Positions 36,729-46,195 of a DNA stretch of 64,000 nucleotides are shown piece after piece (position 1 is the stretch's first letter; every line of letters begins with the position of its first letter). The position numbers and the translations under genes were made by a program. The notes beneath the pieces are model-generated. The model was not told where the DNA came from. It searched no databases and saw only the letters and a list, made by a program, of their open reading frames with translations. Origin of the DNA: an uncultured bacterium (GTDB taxonomy: Bacteria > Electryoneota > AABM5-125-24 > Hatepunaeales > Hatepunaeaceae); the NCBI GenBank assembly GCA_964627035.1, contig CAZVKN010000001.1, forward strand, positions 131,707 to 195,706, given 5' to 3'.

Positions 36729-36752
36729 GTGTCAGCCCGCCGCGGCTGACAC
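36729..36752. repeat. solo palindrome of the GTCA(A/G)CCCGCCGCGG(T/C)TGAC type
   Basis: gtgtcagcccgccgcggctgacac. The same palindrome type occurs at 49551-49574, 50240-50263 and 61398-61421. Confidence 0.7.
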
Positions 36753-36878
36753 ATTACCATGACTGTGAGAACAACGATCCAAAGGACTTGAGGTTAATTC
36801 TCACAACTCAATAATTTCCGGACGTTTGTATAATGAGTTGCTATTTAGAGTTAAGGTCATTAACTTCTGAAGTAATGT

Positions 36879-36926
36879 TGTAGTCGTGGTTGTCTGCGGC
36901 GTCGGGCTGGGACAAACCCGATTACA
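36879..36926. repeat. family B repeat copy
   Basis: tgtagtcgtggttgtctgcggcgtcgggctgggacaaacccgattaca. It is near-identical in its ends to 40316-40375. Confidence 0.7.
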
Positions 36927-36960
36927 GAATGATAGATCACCCTTCATAGGGACTTGAATC

Positions 36961-38763
36961 ATGAAATATCTCATCGTCATCTCGCTTCTGATTGTCGCTA
37001 TCTTTTCCGATCTTTCCTACTCTGAAACCGTCGTCCGGGGTGCTGTATCTGGCGACTGGACAGTTGAAGGAAGCCCCTTCATCATTGTTGACACAACGTG
37101 GGTCTCAGAAGGTGCAACTTTGACGATCAATCCTGGAGTGATTGTCTATTTTATGCCGGGATTATCTCTTGATGTCTTTGGAACAATCAATGCAGCGGGT
37201 ACAGAAGAAGACTCAATCATTTTCAGTATTCATGAAGACCATATGGATGATGAAAGCTGGCGCGGGATATATATGTGGACTCCGGGCACGAGTCACAGAT
37301 TCACTTACTGTTCGCTAAAGAACAGAGACCGTTTATTTCGTCTTTATAATGAAGTCAGCATGGTTGTTGATCATTGTGACATGGAGAGCCTGCTTCACAA
37401 TATTGCCGGTACACCGGGAGGTAATACTCACGGGCAAGTATTGACAGTCAGAAATAGCAGACTCCATTCTACTTGGGAACGTGGTAATGCAGCTATCGTT
37501 TTACAATCTTCAAGTATGACTATTTCAAATTGCGCAATTGAAGCAGTTGGAAGTATTGCAATTTGGTGTGGTAGTTTACGACTAGAGGACAGTGATATTA
37601 TCGGAGGCGTTCAGAATGGTGGCTATGGTCATATTTCGTACACAAACTGCATTTTGATTACCAATCGCAATAATTGGAATGGAGATTACCGTGGTAGATT
37701 TGAAATATCAGGTAATAGTGGAGGGATGATTGGTTGTGATGTGGAAGGCAATATTGTAGTGCATCGCGGACAGGAACAGTTTATTGACGATTGTACGATA
37801 ACCGGTACGCACTTCCGTGGAGGTGGTATGGCAGGATTAATGTACAATTCCAGTCTGACATTCGATGATATGGAGATTGGCAACCGACATGGTTTTAACA
37901 CAATTCGTAAATGTCAACTCTCAGGAGATATCAGTTTTGAACCAAGAACAGAAGCGGATGTAGATAGTTGTGTAATTAACTCTCGGATAACAGTGTGGGA
38001 TGAAACGGAAGTATCTATTGAGAGGAGTGTTCTGATTGGGAATTTAAGTGTGAGAAATACCAATGGTAGATTTGATTTTATTAATAATACTTGCATTAAT
38101 CGGGACATACCCATGTTAACGCTTTATGGAATTGGAGAACAATCTTTGATAAACAACATATTCATTGCACTAAAAGATAGCAGTGAAATGTTTAGATTTT
38201 GGGCAGATGAAGAAGATTGTAATCCTGATTTTCGATACAATTGCATCTGGGGGTTTGATTATCTAATGCATAGAAGCAACCGCCAGCATGGTTTTGAGTA
38301 TGAACTTCACGAATCAAACTTTTCCGAAGATCCACTTTTTGTGTCTCTTGATCCACTTGATCCTCACATCCGACACAATTCGCCATGCATTGACTCTGGT
38401 GATCCGGATACGTGGTGGGATCCAGATTTTACACCTGCTGATATTGGTGCATTTTATTTTCACCAGGAAATGGAAGTAGTAAAAGAGCTTACCTCTCCAT
38501 CAGATTTTCGACTATTCTCCGCTTACCCCAACCCCTTCAACTCCACTATCAACCTGACCTACACTATCCCACACCCGGGTCAGATTACGATGAGTCTAAT
38601 AGACAGCTACGGACGAACCGTGTCACTGATAGAATCAGGCTGGCGTAATGAGGGCAATCACTCGATTGGATGGAGCGCAGACCGGCTCCCATCAGGCAGC
38701 TACTTCATACGCCTGAACCACAATGACCGACAGATTGTGCGAAGGATTGATTTGATTAGGTGA
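36961..38763 (+). CDS. secreted parallel beta-helix repeat protein with T9SS C-terminal sorting domain
   Basis: 600 aa with a signal peptide and repetitive beta-helix-like turns rich in Asn, Gly and Cys. The CTD reads YPNPFNSTINLTY...SGSYFIRLN...RIDLIR. Confidence 0.85.
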   Translation: MKYLIVISLLIVAIFSDLSYSETVVRGAVSGDWTVEGSPFIIVDTTWVSEGATLTINPGVIVYFMPGLSLDVFGTINAAGTEEDSIIFSIHEDHMDDESWRGIYMWTPGTSHRFTYCSLKNRDRLFRLYNEVSMVVDHCDMESLLHNIAGTPGGNTHGQVLTVRNSRLHSTWERGNAAIVLQSSSMTISNCAIEAVGSIAIWCGSLRLEDSDIIGGVQNGGYGHISYTNCILITNRNNWNGDYRGRFEISGNSGGMIGCDVEGNIVVHRGQEQFIDDCTITGTHFRGGGMAGLMYNSSLTFDDMEIGNRHGFNTIRKCQLSGDISFEPRTEADVDSCVINSRITVWDETEVSIERSVLIGNLSVRNTNGRFDFINNTCINRDIPMLTLYGIGEQSLINNIFIALKDSSEMFRFWADEEDCNPDFRYNCIWGFDYLMHRSNRQHGFEYELHESNFSEDPLFVSLDPLDPHIRHNSPCIDSGDPDTWWDPDFTPADIGAFYFHQEMEVVKELTSPSDFRLFSAYPNPFNSTINLTYTIPHPGQITMSLIDSYGRTVSLIESGWRNEGNHSIGWSADRLPSGSYFIRLNHNDRQIVRRIDLIR

Positions 38764-38851
38764 TTTAGTAATTTGGTAATTGGGTGATTGAGTGATTTCT
38801 TCCCTTCTCCCCATTCTTCCTTGCCAACTTGTGAACTTACAAACTTACTCC
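38761..38851. repeat. phased 8-nt arrays (TTNGGTAA/TTGAGTGA type, then CTTGNNAA type) between convergent genes
   Basis: The units read tttagtaa tttggtaa ttgggtga ttgagtga ... cttgccaa cttgtgaa cttacaaa cttactcc. The array starts on the TGA stop of 36961..38763 and ends over the last codons of the MFS gene. Confidence 0.75.
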
Positions 38852-40134
38852 CCCGCCCTCAATGAATGTGCCTCTCCCCTTCTGACATCAATCCTGCGCA
38901 TGATAACCATCAATCCAGCAGCGAACACCCACAACCCGCTCGCACAGAGCAATGCAGTGCCCTTTCCGAAAAATGTCATTATCACATAGCCAAGCAGCGG
39001 CGCAAATAGCCCTCTTAATCCCGTCGCAGCAGCATGAACCGAGTGATATACACCTGCATCCTCACTGCCCGCAAATCGCATGGACGACAAGCTCCATAAG
39101 ATCATCACTCCACTCATTGCCATCCCGAAAGTACCGAACGCTGCGAACACCAACGTCATCTGGAGTGTTCCTTGAAACTGTCCTGCTGTCAGCAGCAGAA
39201 CGGGATAAACCGACAACATCAGGAAGATAATTACGGACAATCTGTGGGGTGTTGTCTTGTCAAACCATCGCCCGAAAATCGGCATGCAGACCAGCATAAT
39301 TAGCTGTGGCACTGTTCCTTTTGCCAGCCCGATTTCGGTGTAGCTCATCTTCAGATCATCAACAATATACAGCGGCACTACGGGCAGGATCATCATGAAT
39401 GCGATCCCGTAGAACATAAAGGCAATCTCAAACCTAAGATAATCTTTCCGCCGCTTGAGAAGATCAATCACCTTTTTAAGCGGGCTCAGCAGCAGTGTCT
39501 TGTTGAAATATTGCCGATCAGATCCTTCAACCTGTTTGGTTTTAACTTTCGCTAATTGCCATATCCCGATAAATCCGGCAACGGCTGCAATCATATAGAT
39601 ATGCCTGTACCCGCCTTCCACCGCATCCATATACCTGCCTGCACCGAATGACATCAATGCAGCAAGCCCCATCCGCAGCCCCGACCCGACACCGACAAGC
39701 CTTCCGATACGTGACGGTTCGATATGCTGTTGCAGGATTCGATTAGTTGCCGGGATAGTCAACGCATTTGCCAGAAAGAAGATCATGTACATCGTTAACA
39801 TGTGCCCCATGTTGCCAAGGAACAGACCGCTCAACAGAGTGATGTAACCTATTATCCCGGTGTATAGCAGGAACTTACGCTGATCCCGACCGACGAGCAG
39901 CCTTGCCCACCAGATTGAAGTGATACTGGCAACCGGCATTGTCATTGTGAGGAAGGTAATCAATATCCCTTCAGAACCGAGTGACTTTCTGGCAATAACC
40001 TCCCCCATGTGCAGCATAGGAAAGACCACCCCAGCCAACGTGCTGAACGCTAAAAACCGGTAGGCTGCAGAGCCGTTCTTCACGTTCAGGTAGCTGTTTG
40101 GATGAGTGAAATATTTGAAAAATGGAAGTGGCAA
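38845..40134 (-). CDS. MFS transporter
   Basis: 429 aa with about 12 hydrophobic segments and a GRWFDK loop motif after TM8. The track start is TTG, so the start is uncertain. Confidence 0.8.
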   Translation of the reverse strand: MPLPFFKYFTHPNSYLNVKNGSAAYRFLAFSTLAGVVFPMLHMGEVIARKSLGSEGILITFLTMTMPVASITSIWWARLLVGRDQRKFLLYTGIIGYITLLSGLFLGNMGHMLTMYMIFFLANALTIPATNRILQQHIEPSRIGRLVGVGSGLRMGLAALMSFGAGRYMDAVEGGYRHIYMIAAVAGFIGIWQLAKVKTKQVEGSDRQYFNKTLLLSPLKKVIDLLKRRKDYLRFEIAFMFYGIAFMMILPVVPLYIVDDLKMSYTEIGLAKGTVPQLIMLVCMPIFGRWFDKTTPHRLSVIIFLMLSVYPVLLLTAGQFQGTLQMTLVFAAFGTFGMAMSGVMILWSLSSMRFAGSEDAGVYHSVHAAATGLRGLFAPLLGYVIMTFFGKGTALLCASGLWVFAAGLMVIMRRIDVRRGEAHSLRAGE

Positions 40135-40290
40135 CAGTCTGCTCGCAGGTTAATGTTCCATAATATAGCCACCGAATGCGTCTGTTCAAAGCGGATTGCA
40201 GTGAGTGAAATGACCTGTGGTCGTTAATGCAAAAATGAATTCTCGGAATACATTGCCATCATGGCAATAATTTGCTATACTAAATACTTT

Positions 40291-40436
40291 GGTAGTGTCA
40301 GGCAACTGTTGATGCTGTAGTCGTGGTTGTCTTCAACCGCGACGCCGTCGGGCTTGAGACAAACCCGACTACAAGTTATAAATTTATTGCCATTTATTAA
40401 GTTAAGCTACAGTGTCAACTATTGCCTAACACTACC
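40291..40436. mobile_element. 146-bp MITE-like palindromic element (full-length family B)
   Basis: Terminal inverted repeats are ggtagtgtcaggcaa and ttgcctaacactacc (14 of 15 complementary). An inner inverted repeat is tgtagtcgtggttgtc...gacaaacccgactaca. Partial copies lie at 1473-1529, 36879-36926 and 50436-50455. Confidence 0.7.
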
Positions 40437-40465
40437 GAAAAATTGCTCGCACACATACATAGGAG

Positions 40466-41908
40466 TTGTTAATGTTGAAAGAAGCATATCCATACTATAT
40501 TGCAAACAGACCGGTTTTCGCAAACAGTGACCTTGAAGTAAAAAATAAATATTCAGGTGAGTTAGTCACGAGAGTGGCTTTAGCAGATCCAACGGCAATT
40601 AATAAAGCAATCGAATGGACAGTCAAAGCTGCTGAACCAATGCGTAAACTGCCGTCCTACAAGAAGGCTGAAGTACTGCACCACTGTGTTAAGAGATTCA
40701 AAGAACGATATGATGAACTGGCTTACTCTCTGTGCCTTGAGGCAGGCAAGCCGATTAAGGATGCCCGGGGAGAAGTGACCCGCCTGATAGACACATTTAG
40801 AATCGCTGCTGAAGAATCTGTCAGGTTCGGTGGTGAATATTTACCTCTCGACATTTCACAACGTGCGGAAGGGTATGAGGCAATTACGAAGAAGGTTCCG
40901 ATAGGTCCCTGTTCATTTATAAGCCCGTTCAACTTCCCGTTAAATCTCGTAGCGCATAAAATTGCTCCTGCAATAGCAGTCGGTTGTCCTTTTATCCTGA
41001 AACCGGCATCATTTACTCCAATCGGGGCTTTAATCATTGGTGAAATCCTCGCCGAGACAGATCTTCCTGAAGGAGCATTCAGTATCCTGCCTGCGAGCAG
41101 AGACGGTGCTGATCTGTTTACGACCGATGATCGCATAAAGCTGCTCTCATTCACGGGCTCACCCGATGTAGGCTGGGCTTTGAAGGCAAAAGCCGGGAAA
41201 AAGCAGGTTGTCCTGGAATTGGGCGGAAATGCGGGGTGTATTGTTGATAAAGATGCGGATATTGAATATGCCGCTGATAGGGTAGACTTCGGTGCATTTT
41301 ATCAGTCGGGTCAATCCTGCATCAGCGTACAGAGAGTCTTCGTGCATGTGGATATTTATGAGGAATTCGTTCCAATGCTGGTTGAACGCGCCCGTAAGCT
41401 CAAATCAGGCGATCCAACTGACGAGCAAACATCACTTGGTCCTATAATCAGCAAGAATGAAGCTGACCGGATAGACAGTTGGATTTCCAAAGCTGTCAGC
41501 AATGGAGCGAAAACACTGTGTGGAGCCAAGAGGGATGGAGTTGTGATTGAAGCTACGTGGCTTGAGGAAGCAAGCTCCGATGATGATGTTGTCGCCAAGG
41601 AGGTTTTCGGTCCTGTAGCAGTTGTTGAGAAGTTCAGTAATTTTAAGGACGCTATCGCAAAAGTCAACGACAGCGATTTCGGATTGCAGGCAGGTGTTTT
41701 CACGAACAGCATCCATCACGCATTCTATGCCTGGAATGAACTCGAAGTTGGTGGAGTGGTCATTAACGATATTCCTTCACTGCGCATTGATAACATGCCT
41801 TATGGTGGAGTAAAGGATAGTGGTCTGGGACGGGAAGGTATTAGATATGCTATGGAGGATATGAGTGAAATCAGGCTGTTAGTTCTGAACAGGATCGGGA
41901 AAATCTAA
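40466..41908 (+). CDS. NAD(P)+-dependent aldehyde dehydrogenase family protein
   Basis: 480 aa with FNFPLNL, catalytic Glu in LELGGNA, catalytic Cys in GQSCISVQR, and EVFGPV. taggag lies 7 nt upstream of the ATG. Confidence 0.9.
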   Translation: MLMLKEAYPYYIANRPVFANSDLEVKNKYSGELVTRVALADPTAINKAIEWTVKAAEPMRKLPSYKKAEVLHHCVKRFKERYDELAYSLCLEAGKPIKDARGEVTRLIDTFRIAAEESVRFGGEYLPLDISQRAEGYEAITKKVPIGPCSFISPFNFPLNLVAHKIAPAIAVGCPFILKPASFTPIGALIIGEILAETDLPEGAFSILPASRDGADLFTTDDRIKLLSFTGSPDVGWALKAKAGKKQVVLELGGNAGCIVDKDADIEYAADRVDFGAFYQSGQSCISVQRVFVHVDIYEEFVPMLVERARKLKSGDPTDEQTSLGPIISKNEADRIDSWISKAVSNGAKTLCGAKRDGVVIEATWLEEASSDDDVVAKEVFGPVAVVEKFSNFKDAIAKVNDSDFGLQAGVFTNSIHHAFYAWNELEVGGVVINDIPSLRIDNMPYGGVKDSGLGREGIRYAMEDMSEIRLLVLNRIGKI

Positions 41909-41949
41909 CAGAACATGAACATCTTTCTCAGAAATAAGCTCTCTCATTT

Positions 41950-43062
41950 ATGAACTGTTTTCTTATCACTATATGTCTGTTACTCGCATCCTCACTGCCC
42001 ATGCTCGCTGAAGAATCCGCTGACAGTACGGATGCGAACAGATGGAAACTCCTTGGTGCGCCGTATCTGTTCGCAAACAGCGATTTTGGTTTGATTTACG
42101 GTGTGGGTGGCGGGATATCTAAGTATCCTGATGTTTACATCATCTACGGAGCTAGTGGCTCAACAAAAGGTGAGTTTGACGGTGGGATCTCTGCAGCACA
42201 GATCGTCACACGCAGATGGCGATTTGAGAACAAGACACGGTTTTCCAAGTCGAATCGCTATATCTACACTCTACATGACAACGATCCTGAAACTGTTGCA
42301 TCGGCTGTGACCAACCTGATTGAGCTCCAATTCGGAGTACTTCACAGATTTGGACAGTTTGAAATCGGTTCAACCTTACTTCTGAAGAAGGTTAAATCAG
42401 GTGATGTTAAAGACTCTGACGACAATCCAATCACGGCAGACTACTCCCGTTTTCGTGAAGCCGATCTGGAACTGATCGGTGTTAAGAGTCGTTATCAGAC
42501 CACCAACATCATTCGTCCGATGGACGGTTTGATATTTGAAAGTATGATAAGGGCGGGTAGAATGGGATATGAGAATCACACAGGAGATTTCGATGCTGAC
42601 GCAGAGATCAAGCTCGGCTATGCAAAGCCGACGACTGAAGATTCGAGGCTCTATGCACGTATCTGGTCACAATTTCAGCTCAATGCAATCCCACCACTGC
42701 AGAATTTCCTCGGCTGGGAACGGAATCATCGCGGACAGCCGTTTGGCCGGGAATGGGGCAGGCGTGTTCTGTCGGGACGAATTCAGTACCATTTGACAGT
42801 TGCCCGCAAAACCAAGTTTCCGCTCGTTTATATTCACAATCTAATCAGCTTGATCCAGCCTGACAGGCTCGATTGGGAGGTTGTTCCGTTTTATGACATC
42901 GGTGCGGTTGGTGATCCTTCATTCGGTTGGCACAAGACACGGCATGGCATCGGTTTCGGGCTGCATGTAATTCTGCCACCGGAATTGGTTTTTCGGCTTG
43001 ATATAGCGTTTGCACCGGGTGGTCCTGTCAGGTTCTTCCTCGGACCCGGCGAGACATTGTGA
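41950..43062 (+). CDS. hypothetical secreted or outer-membrane protein (possibly an Omp85-like beta-barrel)
   Basis: 370 aa with a signal peptide and alternating beta-strand-like sequence towards the C-terminus (GIGFGLHVILPPELVFRLDIAF). The product assignment is tentative. Confidence 0.65.
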   Translation: MNCFLITICLLLASSLPMLAEESADSTDANRWKLLGAPYLFANSDFGLIYGVGGGISKYPDVYIIYGASGSTKGEFDGGISAAQIVTRRWRFENKTRFSKSNRYIYTLHDNDPETVASAVTNLIELQFGVLHRFGQFEIGSTLLLKKVKSGDVKDSDDNPITADYSRFREADLELIGVKSRYQTTNIIRPMDGLIFESMIRAGRMGYENHTGDFDADAEIKLGYAKPTTEDSRLYARIWSQFQLNAIPPLQNFLGWERNHRGQPFGREWGRRVLSGRIQYHLTVARKTKFPLVYIHNLISLIQPDRLDWEVVPFYDIGAVGDPSFGWHKTRHGIGFGLHVILPPELVFRLDIAFAPGGPVRFFLGPGETL

Positions 43063-43067
43063 GATGG

Positions 43068-43730
43068 TTACGGAAAAAAAGGTAATCCGGCTATGCGGCA
43101 GGCACCTCGTCTGTATCCTTCGGGAAACAGCTCCCTGAATTCTGTCAGTTCCAGATTGCTCGCCTTGCATGTTTCATATACAGTAGGAATATTGTCTGTA
43201 ACTCTGTAGTAGTCCCGAAGGAATACAATGACTCTGCGGTGTCGGTTGGTCAACCCTTGTGTCAGCTTCCATTCGCGGACTATCAGTTGGGCGAACCGCT
43301 CATTCCATTGATCGAAATCCTTGAGAAATCCGCGAGGTGAGACATTGTGTTCCGTTGTCGGCAGCGTGGTTGTTTCGTAGGTCAGCCAGTAATTTGAAGA
43401 ATACATAAACTGATAGTTGATACCGGCAATACGGCATGCACCTCGATGGTAGCCTGTTGGGAAAAGGTAGCGGAGATCACTCAATCTGAGGTTGTTGTCA
43501 GAGCAGGCTAAAACAATAACTGGAACTACTTTCTCATTCAGGAATTTATCACGGATGTAGTTGATAAACGTCCAATGATCCTCGGTCAACCCTTCATAAA
43601 TTCCCTGCAGTTCAGCCATTCCGTCTGCGAAATTCTTATCCCACTGGTTAGGCGGATTGAGGAATCCCTGTCTGTCGAGAGTGTAAGTGTGGTCATTGAA
43701 ACTGACCGTCTTTTGCTTGTTATTTGTCAA
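43068..43730 (-). CDS. tandem double DsrC/TusE-family domain protein (CysB-only, no C-terminal CysA arm)
   Basis: 220 aa. Domain 1 reads ...LTEDHWTFINYIRDKF...LFPTGYHRGACRIAGI. Domain 2 reads ...RHRRVIVFLRDYY...LFPEGYRRGACRIAGLPFFP-stop. The start is TTG with no obvious SD. Confidence 0.75.
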   Translation of the reverse strand: MTNNKQKTVSFNDHTYTLDRQGFLNPPNQWDKNFADGMAELQGIYEGLTEDHWTFINYIRDKFLNEKVVPVIVLACSDNNLRLSDLRYLFPTGYHRGACRIAGINYQFMYSSNYWLTYETTTLPTTEHNVSPRGFLKDFDQWNERFAQLIVREWKLTQGLTNRHRRVIVFLRDYYRVTDNIPTVYETCKASNLELTEFRELFPEGYRRGACRIAGLPFFP

Positions 43731-43794
43731 TGTTCAATAAATTTTGAGATGGGGAGCATGGACATTTCTTAGTTATCTGATCTATTCACTATAA

Positions 43795-43865
43795 TGTCAT
43801 TCCGGCAAAAGCCTGAATCCAGTAACCAATTGATATTACGGGATTCTGGATCAAGTCCAGAATGA
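43795..43865. mobile_element. 71-bp palindromic repeat (family D, GTCATTC...GAATGAC ends)
   Basis: gtcattccggcaaaagcctgaatccagtaaccaattgatattacgggattctggatcaagtccagaatgac. It is collinear with 50199-50213 plus 50348-50401. Confidence 0.75.
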
Positions 43866-43971
43866 CAAATAGGATGGTTAACTGAATAAATCAAAGAACT
43901 CATTTCTGTCCATCCGGCTGACAAGAATGTCACTACTCCCCGTTTACGATATCTTCAACTGAGAATCTTGC

Positions 43972-45315
43972 CTAATCACCCGCTTCCCAGTCAATACGGT
44001 TGGCTGCTTTGCCATCAATTAGAATTGACCGGGACAGCATGTCATGCACACCGCCGACAGCAAAGTCAGCTTTGTGTGTTTCGATCAACTGCATGAATTG
44101 CCGCTTGCAGTTGGAGCACGCAGTGGCAACGTATTTGGCTTCCGTAACTTTGACCTGCTCCATCTTCTTCTTGCCGGAAACGTGCATTCTAAAGTCGCGG
44201 ATGTCATCCATAGCAGACAGCCCTCCACCACCACCGCAGCACCAGTTCTCACCACGGTTCGGAGTCATATCCTTGAAGTCAGAACAGGATGCTTCGAGAA
44301 TAACACGCGGATCTTCGATAATGTTGCAGCTTCTGCCAAAGTTACAGGGATCGTGGTAAGTCACTCTCATAGGGTTTTTGCTCTTGTCGAACTGCAGCTT
44401 GCCTTCACGGATTCTGTCTGCAGTCCACTCCATGCAATTTACAACTTCAAACGGTAGGTCACCCCACCATTTTCCCTTCTCCATCATCATCTTCATAATT
44501 CGATAAGCGTGACCACACTCACCCATGAACATATATTTGACACCCAGCCTGATCGCCTCATCCACATACGGCTTGTTGTCAGCCTTCATGTCGGCATCAT
44601 TACCGGTGAACAGACCGTAATTAGCGCCGTCAAATAGTTTTGAGCTCATAGTCCATTTGTCCTGCATACCGAGTACATAGAACACTTTTGCAATTCCGGT
44701 TGTCGCTTCAGGATTGACCAGAACATCTCCAGATGGTGGGACGTAAAAATATTCTGCACCCACAACATCAACCGGAATTCTGATGTCTATGCCGTGCTCA
44801 TCCTTCATCTCCTCTTCGAGAAATTCGATTGCTGACATAAATGCTTCGGGAGATGCCCCATCAGTGTTTCCTGTTTCAAGAGAGGCTTGCACAACCCTTT
44901 TCATTGTATCAGGAGTCATGTCAAGCATTTCAGCAATTGCTCTCCCCTTACGCGTGATGACCGAATTGTCAATTCCGAACGGGCAGAACGTCGCACAGCG
45001 GCGGCATCCCGTGCATTCATAGAAGGCTGTCACCCATTTCTCCATATCACCGTCAAAGTCCTCTGCACCTATAAGTGATCCGAGTAGCTTACCGGATGTG
45101 GTCGTATGTTTCTTGTAGATGGATCTGATCATATCCGAGCGGACCACCGGATTACGCATTTCATCGGGACCGCCATAATAGACCGGGCACTGTTCAGCAC
45201 ATACTCCGCACCGGGCGCAGACATCCATATAGAGTCTCAGAACCTGAGGTCCGTCCTCAATTGATGTTATGGAATCAACTACTTTCTGTTTTATTTCTTC
45301 TGTTGTAATAGCCAT
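43972..45315 (-). CDS. dsrK: DsrK/HdrD-like iron-sulfur protein (heterodisulfide-reductase-type CCG domain protein)
   Basis: 447 aa with CARCGVCAEQCP and CTGCRRCATFCP ferredoxin-like motifs. CCG-domain cysteines are present (GECGHAY, HDPCNFGR, NWCCGGGGG, ACSNCKRQ). Confidence 0.8.
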   Translation of the reverse strand: MAITTEEIKQKVVDSITSIEDGPQVLRLYMDVCARCGVCAEQCPVYYGGPDEMRNPVVRSDMIRSIYKKHTTTSGKLLGSLIGAEDFDGDMEKWVTAFYECTGCRRCATFCPFGIDNSVITRKGRAIAEMLDMTPDTMKRVVQASLETGNTDGASPEAFMSAIEFLEEEMKDEHGIDIRIPVDVVGAEYFYVPPSGDVLVNPEATTGIAKVFYVLGMQDKWTMSSKLFDGANYGLFTGNDADMKADNKPYVDEAIRLGVKYMFMGECGHAYRIMKMMMEKGKWWGDLPFEVVNCMEWTADRIREGKLQFDKSKNPMRVTYHDPCNFGRSCNIIEDPRVILEASCSDFKDMTPNRGENWCCGGGGGLSAMDDIRDFRMHVSGKKKMEQVKVTEAKYVATACSNCKRQFMQLIETHKADFAVGGVHDMLSRSILIDGKAANRIDWEAGD

Positions 45316-45330
45316 GACTGTTTTCCTCGA

Positions 45331-46029
45331 TTAAGTTTTTTGAATTAAGCTTTGAGTGAAGAATATCCCGCCGAAGTGCAGGATTTTACTGAACGGGATG
45401 TACATCACCAGCAGTTGCACGAGGAAAAAATGCAACTTAAAGATGCTGCTCGCCGGAACGACCAAAGAGGTGAAAGAGAAGGTGAACAGATTAGCGAAAT
45501 ACTCCCTTGAGACTGCCAAATCAAAATGCTCACCACCAAAACGCATAGAGTTGCCTGTTGCAATAATGGCAATCAGCAGAATCAGTGCGAAGAGGTCAGC
45601 AAAGTTGGTAATCTCCCGCACGCGCTTGAGCGTTAAACGACGTAAAGTCAGTAGAAGAACGGTGGCAAATATCACGATACCTGCAGCACCGCCGAAATTG
45701 GAACTCATCGCCTTGACGTTGACACCCCATCCAACCAGAACAGTATCAATCAGCGAAGTGAACACTCTCAGGTGCCCCATTATGATCAGCACAAGAGCTG
45801 CATGAAACAGCCATGAGAAGATCCACAGCGGTTTATTGCCTTTGAACAGACTTGGGAAAAACAGAGCTTCCTTGATCAGATTACCAACCAATCCGCCTTG
45901 GGGCCAGGGTGACAGTGTCATTTTGCCCGGCTGTGGGGTTCTTGTCCAATGTTTGAACCTGTAGATTATCCCTACTACAAATGTGATGACCGCTATGTAG
46001 GGTAGAATTATGAACGCAAATGTATCCAA
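45331..46029 (-). CDS. dsrM: DsrM/NarI-like membrane di-haem b-type cytochrome subunit
   Basis: 232 aa with five TM segments and conserved His in TM2 and TM5 (FHAALVLIIMGHLR and KILHFGG), as in the nitrate reductase gamma family. It lies 15 nt upstream of the DsrK-like gene. Confidence 0.75.
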   Translation of the reverse strand: MDTFAFIILPYIAVITFVVGIIYRFKHWTRTPQPGKMTLSPWPQGGLVGNLIKEALFFPSLFKGNKPLWIFSWLFHAALVLIIMGHLRVFTSLIDTVLVGWGVNVKAMSSNFGGAAGIVIFATVLLLTLRRLTLKRVREITNFADLFALILLIAIIATGNSMRFGGEHFDLAVSREYFANLFTFSFTSLVVPASSIFKLHFFLVQLLVMYIPFSKILHFGGIFFTQSLIQKT

Positions 46030-46120
46030 GGATAGATTCCTCAGTTTGAAAGTTAAAGGTTATTGATTAGCACTATCTATCTGAATTAGATGGAGTTATC
46101 TCCGCACAAATGCCAATCAG

Positions 46121-46160
46121 GTGATTTAGTGATTACGTGATTGAGTAATTTTGTGATTAT
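46121..46160. repeat. phased octamer array GTGATTNN x5
   Basis: gtgattta gtgattac gtgattga gtaatttt gtgattat, in the spacer between the DsrC-like gene and the DsrM-like gene. Confidence 0.75.
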
Positions 46161-46195
46161 TTAACTACGTGAATCGTAAATTCGTTATATTCAGA

